Shown: positions 11,601-25,600 of the stretch, piece after piece
How positions within the stretch are numbered: the first letter of the stretch is position 1
Layout: each line of letters starts with the position of its first letter
Assembly (NCBI GenBank): GCA_040954595.2
Contig: CM082576.2
Span: 9,675,129 to 9,739,128, forward strand
Reading direction: 5' to 3'
DNA from: Balanoglossus misakiensis
Lineage: Eukaryota; Animalia; Hemichordata
Length of the DNA stretch: 64,000 nt
The notes under the pieces: generated by a model
Databases searched by the model: none
What the model was told of the DNA's origin: nothing
Seen by the model: the letters and a program-made list of their open reading frames with translations, nothing else
Program-made: the position numbers and the translations under genes

Positions 11601-14600
11601 GCTGACTTCAATTTCGCCAACGCTAAAACCAGGGCGTTTACAAAAGGTATCATTAAGGCAGCGCAGCCGTGACACTGCTTCGGATAATTTCTTCACTCGG
11701 CGGTGAACGATGTTTACCCTTAATGCGGGAAGATAACTTAGTTACCGGCACTCCATCATTCCCCTCGGTGGCCGTGGACGACATCGGGGATTGTGATCTC
11801 GGGCGGCATTTCGACCGCTCTCTCCGCGAAAATCGCGTTTCATTTCATTATCGCTTGTGCCGCGCTGAAGGAGAAACTTGAGTCGCGCACGCGTTTGGCG
11901 CTTTTACTGAACGTTCCGATCTCTTGGTGTCGGACTGTGATGCCTAATAGGGATAAAGGTCAGGTGACAAGGAAAAAAATACTATGTTATTTCCAAAGGG
12001 ACTTAAGCCCAGTCACGTGATTGACGTGATTAGAACTGTCGTTTTATTTGTCGGCATCAAAGTAGTCTCTCTGACTAGTTGATGAGAGACGCTGCAGTCG
12101 ACCGAGCGACTCGTTTGCTCGACCAAAGTGGGTTTATTTGAAAGGTCAACTATCTGCAACTTATGGCTATTTTGTCAGTATTTTTATTCTGTGTGTATCA
12201 ACCATGATTTCCAGTTCAGCTCCCTGAGGCAGGAATACTGATTGCGCAGTGTTAATCTTCTCAACATAGCCCACAATTATGAGCGCAATCGGCATTATTA
12301 TTTAAATTTAAACTGGATATGTGTAAATGTGAAGATTGTACCACAGGGATTGAGTACCAATTGAAGTTAGGCCTAGTGGCCGAAATTCTGGACTTCTCAT
12401 GCCCGTCATCATTTCGGACACTTTCATCAGCAGTGTCTCGGAAACTACCTGCGTAATAGTTAAAAAAAATCAATAATGTCTACAAGACGGTAGTGTAAAA
12501 TGGAAATGCGGCGGTTTTTATGCCATGTTTCTCTGGGCTTTTTTCACCCATTCGCCATCTACTTGAGACTTCTTCTAGAGGGATAAGTTAAAACACTGTT
12601 TGAGATTGTTTACAACTGTTCCCTGTGGGGTTTCAGATACGGAGATAAGTTGATGTGAAGTTTATACTCGTGTTCGATAAAAAGGTCTCCGTCTCACGCG
12701 TATTCGTGTTAAAAACCGCTCAACAGACCCTCAGGTGAAAAAAAAAACAGATATGGCCCGACGGTAACACTTCAGTAGCATATGGTTGTGACATTGTTAT
12801 TCTCGCTGAAACCGAATGTTTGTTTATCGCGTTACAATTCTCACTGCACGATCGATCCTTTGCTGCGACAGTCGACACCCAGTGCCACCTCACACACCCT
12901 CTTCAAAGCAAACCCCTAACAAAGTTTTTCAAGTTAATATAATAGAGTAACTGTTCGGTTGCCTTGGCCATCACTGCAATAAAAAGTTCATGTACATGTA
13001 TCATGACGCTACTAGTATATTGAAATAATGATTACATTCTGATGTGCGGGGATGAGGGCGCTGCAATTGTAGAACAATTTGAATTTGCTACTAACTGGGA
13101 GTTTGACGAGACGAAGTAGAGCTAGAACTTGCTAAATGAAATTTAACCATTAGGTTGTTTTAAACTTACGCGATAATGATTGTCAAATGCACTAGTGTAT
13201 AGTCTTAGGGAACAAAGACAGAATGTCTTCGGTCGTGAATACATGTACTAACAACCGGTCGTTTTTTGCTCTTGGGTGGTAAGTCTTCGACTTCGAATCA
13301 ACAGGCATTTGTCTCGTTAGAATAGATTCATTTATGTTTTGTGTTGAGGCGGGGAATTTGGCACGCCATGTCGCCCGGTCGAATCTCTAATTTGATCGCG
13401 CATAATGCTGGGCGCAAGTTGATTTTCATGATACAACGACTCGTTGCCATGGGAATATTGGACGTATTCATTTCCCCCGCCGTCACCCTTCACTGACACT
13501 ACTTCCCGCCTGATGCAAGTTTTGCAAATTTCTGTTTTGGCACATGCGCATAAGACGATCGTCGCCCTTTAAGTTTAAAACGATATTATTAAACGGCGAA
13601 TTTTGGTTTGCGACAAATCAAGGAGAGATTTGTCTTTATCAGCAAGTACAACTCTAGGCCGCTTGATTGCCACGTCAGTTGACAGGCAGTACAAATTTCC
13701 CCCACCGTGATCCGATGCCTCCTAGATCAGTGGTGTACCTGAGCGCTTGTAATCAGTTCGACTGTCTGAGAACAGCGGCGCGATATTACTTCTACACTCG
13801 TCTCCGGTGTTGAAACCGTACGCTTACTTCTTAATTCCCCCGTTTTGACGCGATTGATGGGAGCCTCGCCGTCTCTCTCCCTCCGATGCGCACCCTTAGC
13901 CAGGGCAGTCGTGGCATAAATGCGCTCAATCAAAAGGCACCAACTCACACATACACTACAAGTGATGGGTTTCTAATAACAGATTAAAGTAGACAGAACT
14001 AAGAGAATGGTGTAATCAAAATAGTATGCCTCGTTGCTTTCACATGTTTTCTACAAAACGAGCTCTCTCGTTGTCAAGGCATTTTTTGCAACTTGCCGAG
14101 AAGTATTACGATTGCACCAATTGCCGCGAACGCAATAATAGCACCAGGAAATGCCATGTGCGCATGCGTTAACGTTTCATGCTGATGTACGCCGTTGGTA
14201 CTTTCTGAAGTAACTTTTTCCCCCTGGGAAACAACCGTTTTGATCTTTTGGCGCTCCGGGCCAGTCAAGAGTTACACATATCCCAATTTGTAATTAAAAT
14301 CGTAATATTCCACCAACTCTACCCTTTATCAGTTTCTAAATAACACGAGCCTAATAGATATGTTTAATTATTAACCGCAATAAAACACTATTCTATCGTT
14401 CACACAATGCCCGGATTGCAATGTATATCATTAAATACGTCATTGTACATCCCTGAAAAGATTCGATTCTCACAATTTTATTAATGCTTTTAAGACGGAG
14501 AACTTCTATCGCCATTTATCATTTTTGATATGTTAAATTTAATTAATATTGCATAAATGTAGTTCTTCCTCTAATTATATCTGCAGTATTTAAGACCCCT

Positions 14601-15885
14601 TTGTTGCGTTTCTCATATTTTAATTTAACTTTGTCAGGAATCTGAGTTCGTTTTCGGGCGACTAGATGAAATATACATGCCTCCTCCCAGCAATGGAGGC
14701 AAGACCAGTTTTGTAATTTCTCGATTACTCATTTTGGATGAGCGCTGGTTGGATGAACGCGCCTCTCTATCTCACGCACTGAAAAATAATTATATCCGTT
14801 GAGGATGTACAAGTGGTTTTAAAGGGTCAGACACCAATGACTGTGTAAAAATTATCGCAACACAATGAACTGTACTAAAGGTAAAATGCAATTTGGCGAC
14901 GTAATATTTTTTCCCGAAAACGACGTGACAACTTTTAAAGTTTTTTTCATGTAGACTTGCGCACGCGCCAACTCAATACACATTTTGACATATTGGAGGA
15001 GCGACGTGTGCCACACGTCCGCGAAGCTGGCTAAAGGTACCTATAGAGTTGGTACCTCTCCGTTTGACTGGCAGTGACATTTCATCGACGATCTCACAGT
15101 TCCCGTCCAACTCATGTCGTATCACAGCCAAAACATATCAATAGCCATCTGCACGATTAATCACTTATCTTCCGAAAGCGGTTTAGTCTACACTTATAAC
15201 TCTTGATGATGCATGTTAATTCCCGTGTACGCCCGTCTTCTGGTGTTAAAATGACGTGCTCTAAACGCTCTGACGCGAGAACCCTTTTCATCACACCCAA
15301 CTGATGGACGGGGCGAACAAATGCCATTCGCGCTCAATTTCTTTGGGTGTGGCATTCTCGTCGTCGTTTGCTTTCGAGTAAACAACCACCTGCAGTTCCG
15401 CACGTCATCTGTTTGTGATCTTACAACTTTTTTTTAGACGAGATTGATTTCGAATCGAAAAGTGGATAAATCTGAACAAATTTGCCTCTGTCGAAAAGAG
15501 CTGCATCAGAGCAAATGAAGTTGGCTGAAGTACAGGCAGCGTGTTAGGATCCTTTCACGGACATCGTAACCCGATTAAACTAAATCTAACTGCAGCTTTA
15601 TATCATTTGGCTTTTGATTTCATTTCCTCGTCGCGGAAGACTGTTTTCTTTAGAATAAGACATCCGGTCATTGAAAATGCCTTTCACGTCTAAGCTTTGA
15701 TTTTTCCCTGCCAAGTCACCAATGCGTGCCTGACCGGCTAATATTCAATTTTAAGGTGAAGTCATCGTTACTCAACATGGGTATTTAAATTGGTACTGAC
15801 AGGTCTATTAAGACGTGAAGGACATGTTAAAAAACAACTCCGTCGGCTGAATAAGTTCACGCGTTTACGCGACTGTTATCACGAT

Positions 15886-16040
15886 TGTATGTATGTATGT
15901 ATGTATGTATGTATGTATGTATGTATGTATGTATGTATGTATGTATGTATGTATGTATGTATGTATGTATGTATGTATGTATGTATGTAGGTATGTAGGT
16001 ATGTAGGTATGTATGTAGGTATGTATGTAGGTATGTATGT
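15886..16040. repeat. (TGTA)n tetranucleotide microsatellite with degenerate GTAG units at the 3' end
   Basis: Directly visible. Confidence 0.97.
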
Positions 16041-16882
16041 CGGTGTCTGTTGATATAATGGTAAGGCGGAAAGCGACGACTCGATGATTCATTAGGTGTG
16101 TTTTTTTTACCGCAATCATGTATTTAGTCACAATCTGCATCTATTCCCGGCCGATCGTCTGTTTACACACGGCATTTAAACTTCGCAAGAAATCGTTACA
16201 GTCACTCGCGGGCAACCTCAATCATCGTAAGTGTGATCAATAAAAGCCACCGACGGCATCGTGATAAAAACGCTGTCTCGAAATAGAATGCGCGCCGACC
16301 CGACATAATTGGCGGTATTCATGACAACGACAGCGGGGATAACAGCGGCCGGGGGAATAGCTTTATCAACAACGCTGCAGAGCCGAGGGAATCCGGGAAC
16401 GGTGTCAGTGTAGGTAATAATAGATGCACAAGGAATACTGATGACCCAGTGGCAGTGAGCTGAGGACAAGCAGAAACAGGGAACCCCGGAAACGGCCTGT
16501 GAGACACAGGAAGACCAAAAGGAAGACGAAACCTCTCGGTTCAACATTCAAAATAAACGCGCATCTTCCCATTACGTGTTTCCTCTGTATTGATTTCCGA
16601 ATTCATGCGTCGAATCATTCTGAAACCCCAGCGAGACAACGTTTACTTTCCCAGTGAAGGAATTCAACAAAGATTTTCCCATGGTAACATAAACTTTGGT
16701 GGCCATTTTGAACATTTTCAACTCATGAAATCGATGAAGCGTGGTTCTCGTTACGTTCGACTTATGTGGCAGTCTTAGGGAGCTCGAATGATAAATTATA
16801 GTCTACACCACTATTTAGGCTAATGGACAGCCCTCGCGCACCAGATCATTTAATCTCTAATGCTTCCTTCATTTAGCCTACA

Positions 16883-16922
16883 CCTAGATGTTTCGGCAAT
16901 ACACAGATCGTCTTTCTCGGGG
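16883..16922 (-). mobile_element. Possible degenerate Penelope-like element terminus / minimal hammerhead ribozyme relic
   Basis: The minus strand reads CCCCGAGAAAGACGATCTGTGTATTGCCGAAACATCTAGG. This resembles the Penelope-associated layout CTGA(N)GA-stem II-CGAAAC, with an imperfect stem GACGAT/ATTGCC. The core is non-canonical (CCGAGAA). Confidence 0.35.
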
Positions 16923-19509
16923 CAAGACCTGGTAAAGTGTAGATTCCGAATTGGCAAAATGTAAAAACGAAAAAAAGACTTGTCGGGCGATGAAATGTAC
17001 ACGAAGTAATAATGGCAAATGATGAGTACTTGTGCGGTGAAAAGAAACCAATCAAAACAGAACATGTGTGACAGTGTAAAAATAGGGAAACGAGAACTGT
17101 AGAAAACGATAAAAGAAAATAGAGAAATAGTATGCGAAACATTAATTTCCAAGAGTAACGGGGTACTTTCTGAATAAAGTGAAGACATAGCAAAGAGGGT
17201 GCCTCCCTATAGTTCGGGAGTTTGCAACTGAATTGTTAGAGAGAAGGCTCCATGGGTGTATTGAAATGCGAGGTGTTACACTTTTAGAACACTTTCGCCA
17301 TTTGATTGCTATTTATGAAGACGCTCGCAGTTCGTGCGTACTTTAAAGGGGGAAGGGGCTTTAACTTTGGATGAAAGTTTCAGTGTCCGCAATTCCGTGT
17401 ACCCACAACATAACTGACTTGTTAACTGAAGTAAAAATCGTTCATTTGACACGAAACCCTCCAAAATCCCGCGCAGACGTGAGCATACTACCTTGATGTG
17501 AAAACCGAATATGCCAGTGGCAGAGAATATCCTGACAGAATACGCGGTCGAATCTCCAACATCCCGAAGTTCAGCTTCAGCGCCTCGTGTGTCTTAGAAG
17601 ATTAAAACGGAAACATTTCCCCAACCCGCGCGCGTATGCAGGGCAACACTCGACGCATTTGCCACGTTTCATGAACTGCATTCCTAACGAGACTGTTACT
17701 TGGGTTTAATAAAAAAAATGATAGTGTGTTATTTTTTTACATTTCCGAAAGGTGAAAAGCGTGTCGAATATTACCGTTGACGGATTCCAACGCCTTCGAG
17801 TGGAATCACGTGCGGATCGATTAGGGATTAGTACTTGTCTGTGTCAGTACCCCCCCCCCCCCCCCCGCGCCTCCTCCCATCCTCCAATGTTCTGAATAGG
17901 CCATGGCTTCTGAGCGCGGCGCACTTCACACGCGCTGGAAAATCCTTCCCTGCTAATTTGAATAGACTTCCAGAACAAAGATTGCATGTATAAGTGGATG
18001 CGCGGATATCTCGACGCTGTACGGATTGGAAAATCTAACCTCGAGTGCTACTATCTGGTCGCACTTTATACAACGGTCGTGATGTGAACGGATCTGATAG
18101 TCTCTTTGCACGATTCAACGAGCGAGATGCGTCCGCCGATAGACAGTAACTGATCCCCAAGCCTCGAGAAGCTTCCATTTTCCCTCCAATTTGGCCGCAT
18201 TAATTGCTCTTCACGGGATTTTTACACAAACATTATCTAGCCCCGTCCACGCCGCTAAATGTTTCTTTGAATGAGTCACGCAGAATCGATTTTATAAAAA
18301 AAAAGAGTTAGTTCGGACGCGGTCTCCCTACAGTTTCTATCATTTTCCCCTGACGCAGCAAGGGTTTACTGTCAAGCATTTCTAGAGGAACTATATTCAA
18401 CGCCGCCACTGTCACCATCGAATGTAGACGGATTCGCCCCGCGCCGTCTCGGTTAGTTATACAAACCGAACCCCGATTGGATTGGAGCGTGAAAATGCCA
18501 AGCTCGTCAACGCAAATCATCTTTAAAGAGAGTTATAAAAATAAAGATCGCAAATTTCTCTCGCGATTTAATCCACCTGCTAATTAAGCTGATGGCGTGT
18601 CTAGGAGTCATTTTCCTAATTGTAAACATGCATAATCAACTGCCGTCGATATGCAGACATCACTCTTACCAAATTTGTTGACGAAAAAATTAATGATTCA
18701 AGGACATTGCGGCTGCGTTATTTTTACCCTAACGAGCACTTTTAACGTTAAATTAGCTGCCGAATGCCCAGTAAGCTTAATATTATTGTTGGTTGGGAAC
18801 TACAACACGAAACAGTCAGATAACTTGCAACTTTACATCAGCTAACTCTGGAGGAAAGCCCTCCGTTAAATTTGCATAACTGTTCATCAGGCCTCAACGC
18901 ATATTCTGAAAGTGTCGGACGGTATGAAAACGACGGTTTAATTCCCATATGAGCGTACCTTCATTCACTGGTGTACTCTCTCGGAGTGATAACGTATTAA
19001 CACACGACGCACGTGTAGTGCTAAACACAAAATTATGGCGGGAACTGAAAGAGCGTTGAAGACATTGACAATGAGACGTTCTCGAGATTCAAGAGTCCGG
19101 CAGATATATATATCCTCAAGTGCGCTTTCACGTGTTATTAACTGCACCATCAGTGCGATAAGAACCTTTCCGGAGGAAACATTTTTCATGAGAAAAGCCA
19201 TTTCAAACACGATACTAATTTTAATATGCGTACATACAATCTAGTGTGAAGTGAATACTGACACTGTTTAGATGTACAAAAATGTATGACTGAAAGTGCC
19301 GTTGCCTAATTGTAAAAGTTTCAAGTTGTAATGCACCTGCCGTTACTGATTGCCTTGACAGTACCGTGTTGTCCAAGCGGAATTCATATTCGTCAAAAGT
19401 GTGATTGAAAATTATGTACCTGGAGTCATTAATTATGTATATCGTTCACAGCGATGGCACAGGTGGTATGTCCATGATTTATGTCAAATGGTACATGAAG
19501 TTCCAAGTG

Positions 19510-19616
19510 CCAAGAAAAGGAGAGGGGTATAGATAGAGACAGACAGACGGGGAGAGAGGGAGAAACAAAGAGCGAGAAAGACAGAGAGAATGTGTGTGTA
19601 TGTGTGACAGAGAGAA
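19510..19616. repeat. Compound GA/GACA/TG low-complexity repeat
   Basis: Directly visible. Confidence 0.8.
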
Positions 19617-22600
19617 CCCTGCTCCATTCGAGTGTTACTGGTATATACTTAGTGAAGATCAGTGTGGTAAGCGGCAACATCATCCTGAAGCAGTTAGCGA
19701 GTGTCAGGGGCGATTAGGGACGAGAAACTCAAACACCGCCAAAATCCCTATAATGGAATTTTGTACTTAATACCAACTGAAATCAAGTAACCAGGGCAAC
19801 ATAACAGAGAGCTTTTTGAATGGTGGCGTAAATCTAAGACGTCAAAATTCTGAAGCTGAGTCATCATTAGCGGTCTGTTTGGCTTTGACTGGAAAAATAT
19901 AATTCTTACAATGGCTGGCGCAGAAAGTGTGTATCGCAAATCGAGTGAAAGGACGGGATGTGACGTTTGCACTACGCATAAATTAATTGATTTTATTTCT
20001 CATGTAAATTCCATTATGTTTTTTTTCCTTCCGATGTATTGACAAAGCGGCCGCTGATACTCCACCCCTTATCATGGTGGGGTGGCTTACTTCCTAAAGC
20101 AAAAGATTGAGCTTACGATTCGGACGTATGGCGGAGCGGAAAAATCATGTTCAAAATGGCCGCCAATGTCTATGACAACTCCACGGAGAACATTTAAATT
20201 ACTGAGATTGTTTTATGAAATCAAGACGGTGGACATACAGTTTTCTTCTTTGACTTCAAAAATACCCCTAACATACTTTAATATAGCGAAGAATTAAAAG
20301 CTTTGGAGGACTGTCATTTTTCTGAAAATCTGTCGCCGAGCGAGGCGCGTTCTACCTTAATGCAGCACATGCGAAGCACTGAGGGGTTACGCCGACATAC
20401 TTAGAGTTTAGAAGATAGATGTTGTCGACTACCGGTACGTAATAAATCAGTGATTGGATGAAATGCTTAATAGTAGTAGGAGACTCCTAGCTTCATGGTA
20501 CAGTAAATACATATTCGATGTTCTAGGAAATATGACTAATGTCTGTGGATGGCCCCTCCCCTTAAAACTTACCGAGATTTATCGAGTAAATGAGGACGGA
20601 AAAATTGTTTATTTTCACGCGTCTTCCGTTTTCGCAATGTTGGAAGCGCCAGTGTGATCTGGTCTGTATTTTACGCGTTCTGGTTAGTCAACGGGGTCCC
20701 CTGGGAACAGCAGAGATCCCTTTTGCAGACAAATGGTGACGTGTCAGCTTTTAGTAACTTTTTCTGGTTTTACCACAAACGCGCATTTTGTATTATTTCA
20801 CAAGGCCGTGTCTGGGTGCACCGTCCATGGGTGTGAGATGGGACTGCTGTATTAGTGTTCACAACGTTTTCAAGTGCAGGAGTGGGTGGGTGGGTCCCCC
20901 TGTGGGGACTGTAACACGGGTGTGCAAAAATCCTTTATCAAAACCTGGCTGTGCAAAGCTCTGACTTATGTTAACAACAGTGAGTATATCGAAGCTACTG
21001 TATATGGCTGCCAGCAGCAACACGTACCTCCTTTGGGATATGTGTGTTCGGATAACGAGACACGGTGGTTTTAAATCAGTTTGGCGTCTCTGGTTATTTC
21101 GCGCGCAAACAAGATAAATCAGATTTAGGCAGATTTCTCTGCAGTTGACCTACACCAAGGTGATATCCACGAAGAGACATCCAGTCCCGGGCCAAGGACG
21201 GTAACGTAGAAAAAAAGAGTGTCTCGTGCACAGCGCCTTCGGGCAGTCCTAGGGGTTATAAGGAAGGGTGTTTCTGGCTACATCCCGAGAAAACTTGCAA
21301 AACCTAACTGTCCGCTGTTTGCGTCAAAAAGTTATAATAATGTTGTGGATAAGCTTACTACATTTGAAACGACTGAAGTATAATCTATACGCTTTGCAAT
21401 TGTGTGCACTGTTTACCTCTACGGAGAATATCATTTCACTAATAGGAGGCTGAGTACTCCCTTGCAGAGAAGACAAATCGAATTAATCGACACGATTGTT
21501 CTAACAAGAACACCCGGGTCGCTTGAGACGTTGTCCCCCCCCCCCCCTCTCCCATGAATTATGCACGCCAAATGTGCCAAATCAGCCCTTTTGATAAACG
21601 GCGTTAACGTCGCCTTGCATGCAGTACACATGTAGAGATATTGAGAACACGTCGTGAATCATGCATTTCTTATGCCGCTGGGATGTGGAAAATCACTGCG
21701 AGAAGCGCTTCGTGTTGGAAACCAATGATTCTTTTGACTTAGAAGGGTCCGTACTTATCTCTTGGCTGACGCGTAACATTGTTTTACTTTCGACGAACGT
21801 GACATAACGGAAGTTGACAAATTGCACTTTGGGGATACGAGGAGCGCTCTGCAGCATAATTATTCCGAAGGCGACTACTAGTATCCCTCCATTTTAAAAA
21901 CGTTTTGTGTCATTCCATCACTCTGCTATGAGTCAATAGAAAAATATATATATGAACAGTCGGCAGATATTCCGGCAAAATTAAACGTACATCAATACTG
22001 CGCTGCTTGGAGATTGAACGTTTGAGTCTTGTACTAAAATTCTATAAATTAATTTACTGGAACTTGCTCAGTCAATCGACGATCCGTATATAGACGCATC
22101 CATGGCGTATTTCCTGGTTCGCGCCAGAAAATCCTGAAGACGTGCATTCGGAGTTCTCGGTCCGCGCGAGGTTTGCGACTAGAACAAGAGGCTTGCTTTC
22201 AAATTGCCAAGCACAGAAGATGACGTGCTAGTATCGACTTTTGACATGGCTGTAAGCACCAATTATACAACTTTTTTGTTGGCAGATGTGGATTCGCCGT
22301 GTATTCGAGTGACTGCTTGCTGTCTTTTTTTGTGTGGCGCCAAGAGCAACAAATCCAATCGTGGCTTTGACGCCTTCAATGGCAGAAATGTGATACTAAT
22401 CAAAGACGACGTGCTGAAGAAAGCCTTTTCAATATCACAGCCATTGTTTGGGGGACATATAGACGTTCTGCGTCGGGACGCCCACTTTGAGATTAAAATA
22501 ATCCGTCTTCGCATATCAGAGACAGCGACTTGTTAAGGAAGTATGAATTATACAATTTTAATATAACCATTTTCTGGAGAGAAAAAAACGAAAATGACCG

Positions 22601-25600
22601 ATTTCCAACGTCGACTCAAGAACATCGATATACATGTATATACACCATAGACTTTGCGTCAGCCTCGTTCGGATAGGTGTTTTTCTTTGATCCGCCACCG
22701 TCGTCATGTCGCTTGATTGTTTGAGTCAACACCGCTGTAATGAAATCATATGGGAATTAATCTTCCCCGAAAAGAGGCCCTGGGGGCTTCCGTTTTGTCC
22801 TTGTCTCTATTTTACCCGCGAGTTTGTCCGCCTGTGTCGGAATGCCCCCCATATAAACTGCCTAGCCACGCGAGATCTCGCTAGGTCTCGTGAAGATGGG
22901 AAAATGGTCTATTGAACCCCTGCAAGGGCAGCCACAAAAGGATGGCATGAAACAAGTTCGAGAACTTTTTGTGTGTGGAAAACTCAGGAAAGTTGATTTA
23001 TTTATACGGTCGAGGGTGACGAGTGACGCGTTGTCCGCGTCGAAATGACATGTCTAATAAAGACTTTGCGATCCACCCGAACACACACGGTATATACACC
23101 GGTATTCCGTCGTTGAATTTACGGATCGCGCCACTGAGCAAATTTACACCCCTGCGCCAGGTGTTCGTGATATCAAATAAGATTTTTATCACGTACGCAA
23201 ATCCATCAGTTTGGAGTACTATAGTACACCATCCGGTTGATATGAGAGTCGCCCACCTCAATTGGTTTTTTCCTCGCGCGTTTTCACTGAAATATAATCA
23301 AATTTTATGTGTTTTATGAGGTCAATAAATGAAATGGGCTGCGAATTACACCCCATTGTTTGCGGATCACGCCGCCGCCAAGAGATCGACTTCTTCCGCG
23401 CTGTTGAGATTTCAGAAGAAATATCACTCCACCTGGTTTTCGCGGAAGGAGGCGTTTCATCATCAGTCATCCTGTAGTATATGATTTTACCACCGCTTAC
23501 ACTGTTGCGCTTTTTGTTCAATTTTGCTTCATTCCCTTTACAGTTTGAAGGATCTGCAACCCATCGATCGACGCCGCAATGGATCTGCCGCACTGCCTCA
23601 AATCGACTTCTCATCTCCGCCCCTAACCCTTAAGTGTTTTCTCGGCAGATTTATTCTCCAAAATACGAAATCAACAAGCCGAAATAATATCCACGACGCG
23701 AAAGCTCTTGCGCGCAAGGTTTAAAGATCAGCCATTTTATGGTGTAATATAAAAGTACGCCTATAGTTGCACGCTCAAATGCTATTGTAACATCACAGCA
23801 ACACGTCAATAACGTGTCACCTGCGCGCCAAACTTCCGATCTGACATTTCAAACAGCCGTAATAGCTGACAACGATCAAGTGTGGAAGTGCCAGCTATCT
23901 TTGATGGTATAAGTCTGTCTAATGCCAACAAAGACGGTACACGCCGCCTGCGACTTCCATCGCGCAAAGCCATCAAGAGCCTAATTTACGGACAATGTCA
24001 CTAGATTTCTGTCCAAACGGCTTATATTAAGAGGGGACGCACTGGCGAACAGGGAACGTCTACAGCAGAATTTCTTGTTCGACTCATTGTGGCCATTATG
24101 AAGCTTTCTAGCATGCAGGTCGCATGTATAGAAAGCAACATATCTAAAATTAACGTAAAAATGAACTGACCAAAATATAATAATCGATGATTGATTGGAC
24201 GTAAGTACATACCGTTCGAATTTCCTGCGCGATTCGATGCATCCTCGAGGCAGTCTGCAATCGCCCTACGCCAGTCATTGAATCGAAAATGTTACACCAA
24301 AAATAACAGAAGCCGAGAAAGTTGAAATGAAACGACCTGATAAGATTTTGTTATAATTTTCTGTTCTCATTTTGACAACACTGAGGCACTGTGACGGGGT
24401 AATTTGCATACTTTTGGATTGCGGAAATCCGATAGAAAAAATAATGAATCAATTTTGTCAACTCATGGAACATGCATGACCACTTTATATAAGAAATCTC
24501 TCTCATATGTGTCTTTACAACTGGGTGTGTCACCCGTTTAATATTTAACTAGTTCTAGTCTAACTTGTTCATATCCATTACACACAGCCACAATGTGTTT
24601 GAAAGTATGTTTGTGGACACCCATATACTTAGTTCATTCAAACGGATCATTCTAAGTTAGAAAAATACATAATTAAACTATTGGCAGGTCTTGGGGCTTT
24701 AATAAGTTTACTTCTAAGAATAATGAAACACACACCGGGGTTGGTTTCAGTTCCTCTCTGAAACGGCCTATTTCGTGTCGACATCAGAACGAGGGAGTCT
24801 AGTGTTTAATTCCCTGTGCAGGTGCGTGGCTCTCTCCAAGATCATATCTAGCAATCTGCGCTGACTTCGTATACGTTTGAAAACCAATCAAGACACAAGC
24901 GTTTTCAACAACTTAACAGAATAAATCAATCTTTGATAAAGGGCAAGGGCGAAAATCAATCAAGGAGGTGTTTAACCATCAATTCGGAAAGACGCATTAT
25001 GGACGCAGCAAGTTATGGAATTTTAATCCACATATTCACCCAGGGACCACCATTATATTTCACACCCCATACGTCACCTGCTTTCTTTATTTTATCACAT
25101 TTCCAGCCTTCGCCTGTTTAATGTTGATCCATCAAATACCATACATGTACATCCATCTCTGTCAATATTTTCAATTGTATCTTCATGTTGGAAATCTAGG
25201 CACTTTTTATTTTTTTTTCTATTCTGTTGTGTGTTTGCCGCTTTCAAACGGTTTAGGATACTTTGTCATACTTTACCATTGAATAATTATATCTTGCTTT
25301 TATTATATATTTTTTAATTTTATTCAAAGCATAAAAAATTCATTTGTGGTTGCATTGATCCAGAGCAATAAAATTCACATTAAAAATTCAAATTCATGGG
25401 ATCGATAGTGGCAATGCGATGCATGCATATCGGCACGCCGCGCCATACTCAAGAAGATACTCGATGGCTCGGATGAAAGTTAGATGTACGTGTAGGCCTA
25501 TATGCCAGATTTCACTTGGCGGCATTTTACTGCAAGACGTGTGTGAATAAACTGCAAAATACTGATACACGGATTTACTACATTTTCCACGTATACAGTT

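Noticed and set aside
12395-12445. Minus-strand CTGATGA...CGAAA resembling a hammerhead core
   Set aside because: The intervening bases cannot form stem II; CTGATGA instead sits in the loop of a GACACT/AGTGTC hairpin.
16218-16547. GC-rich 109-aa minus-strand ORF and overlapping open frames
   Set aside because: No recognisable motif, no convincing splice sites and a non-ATG start.
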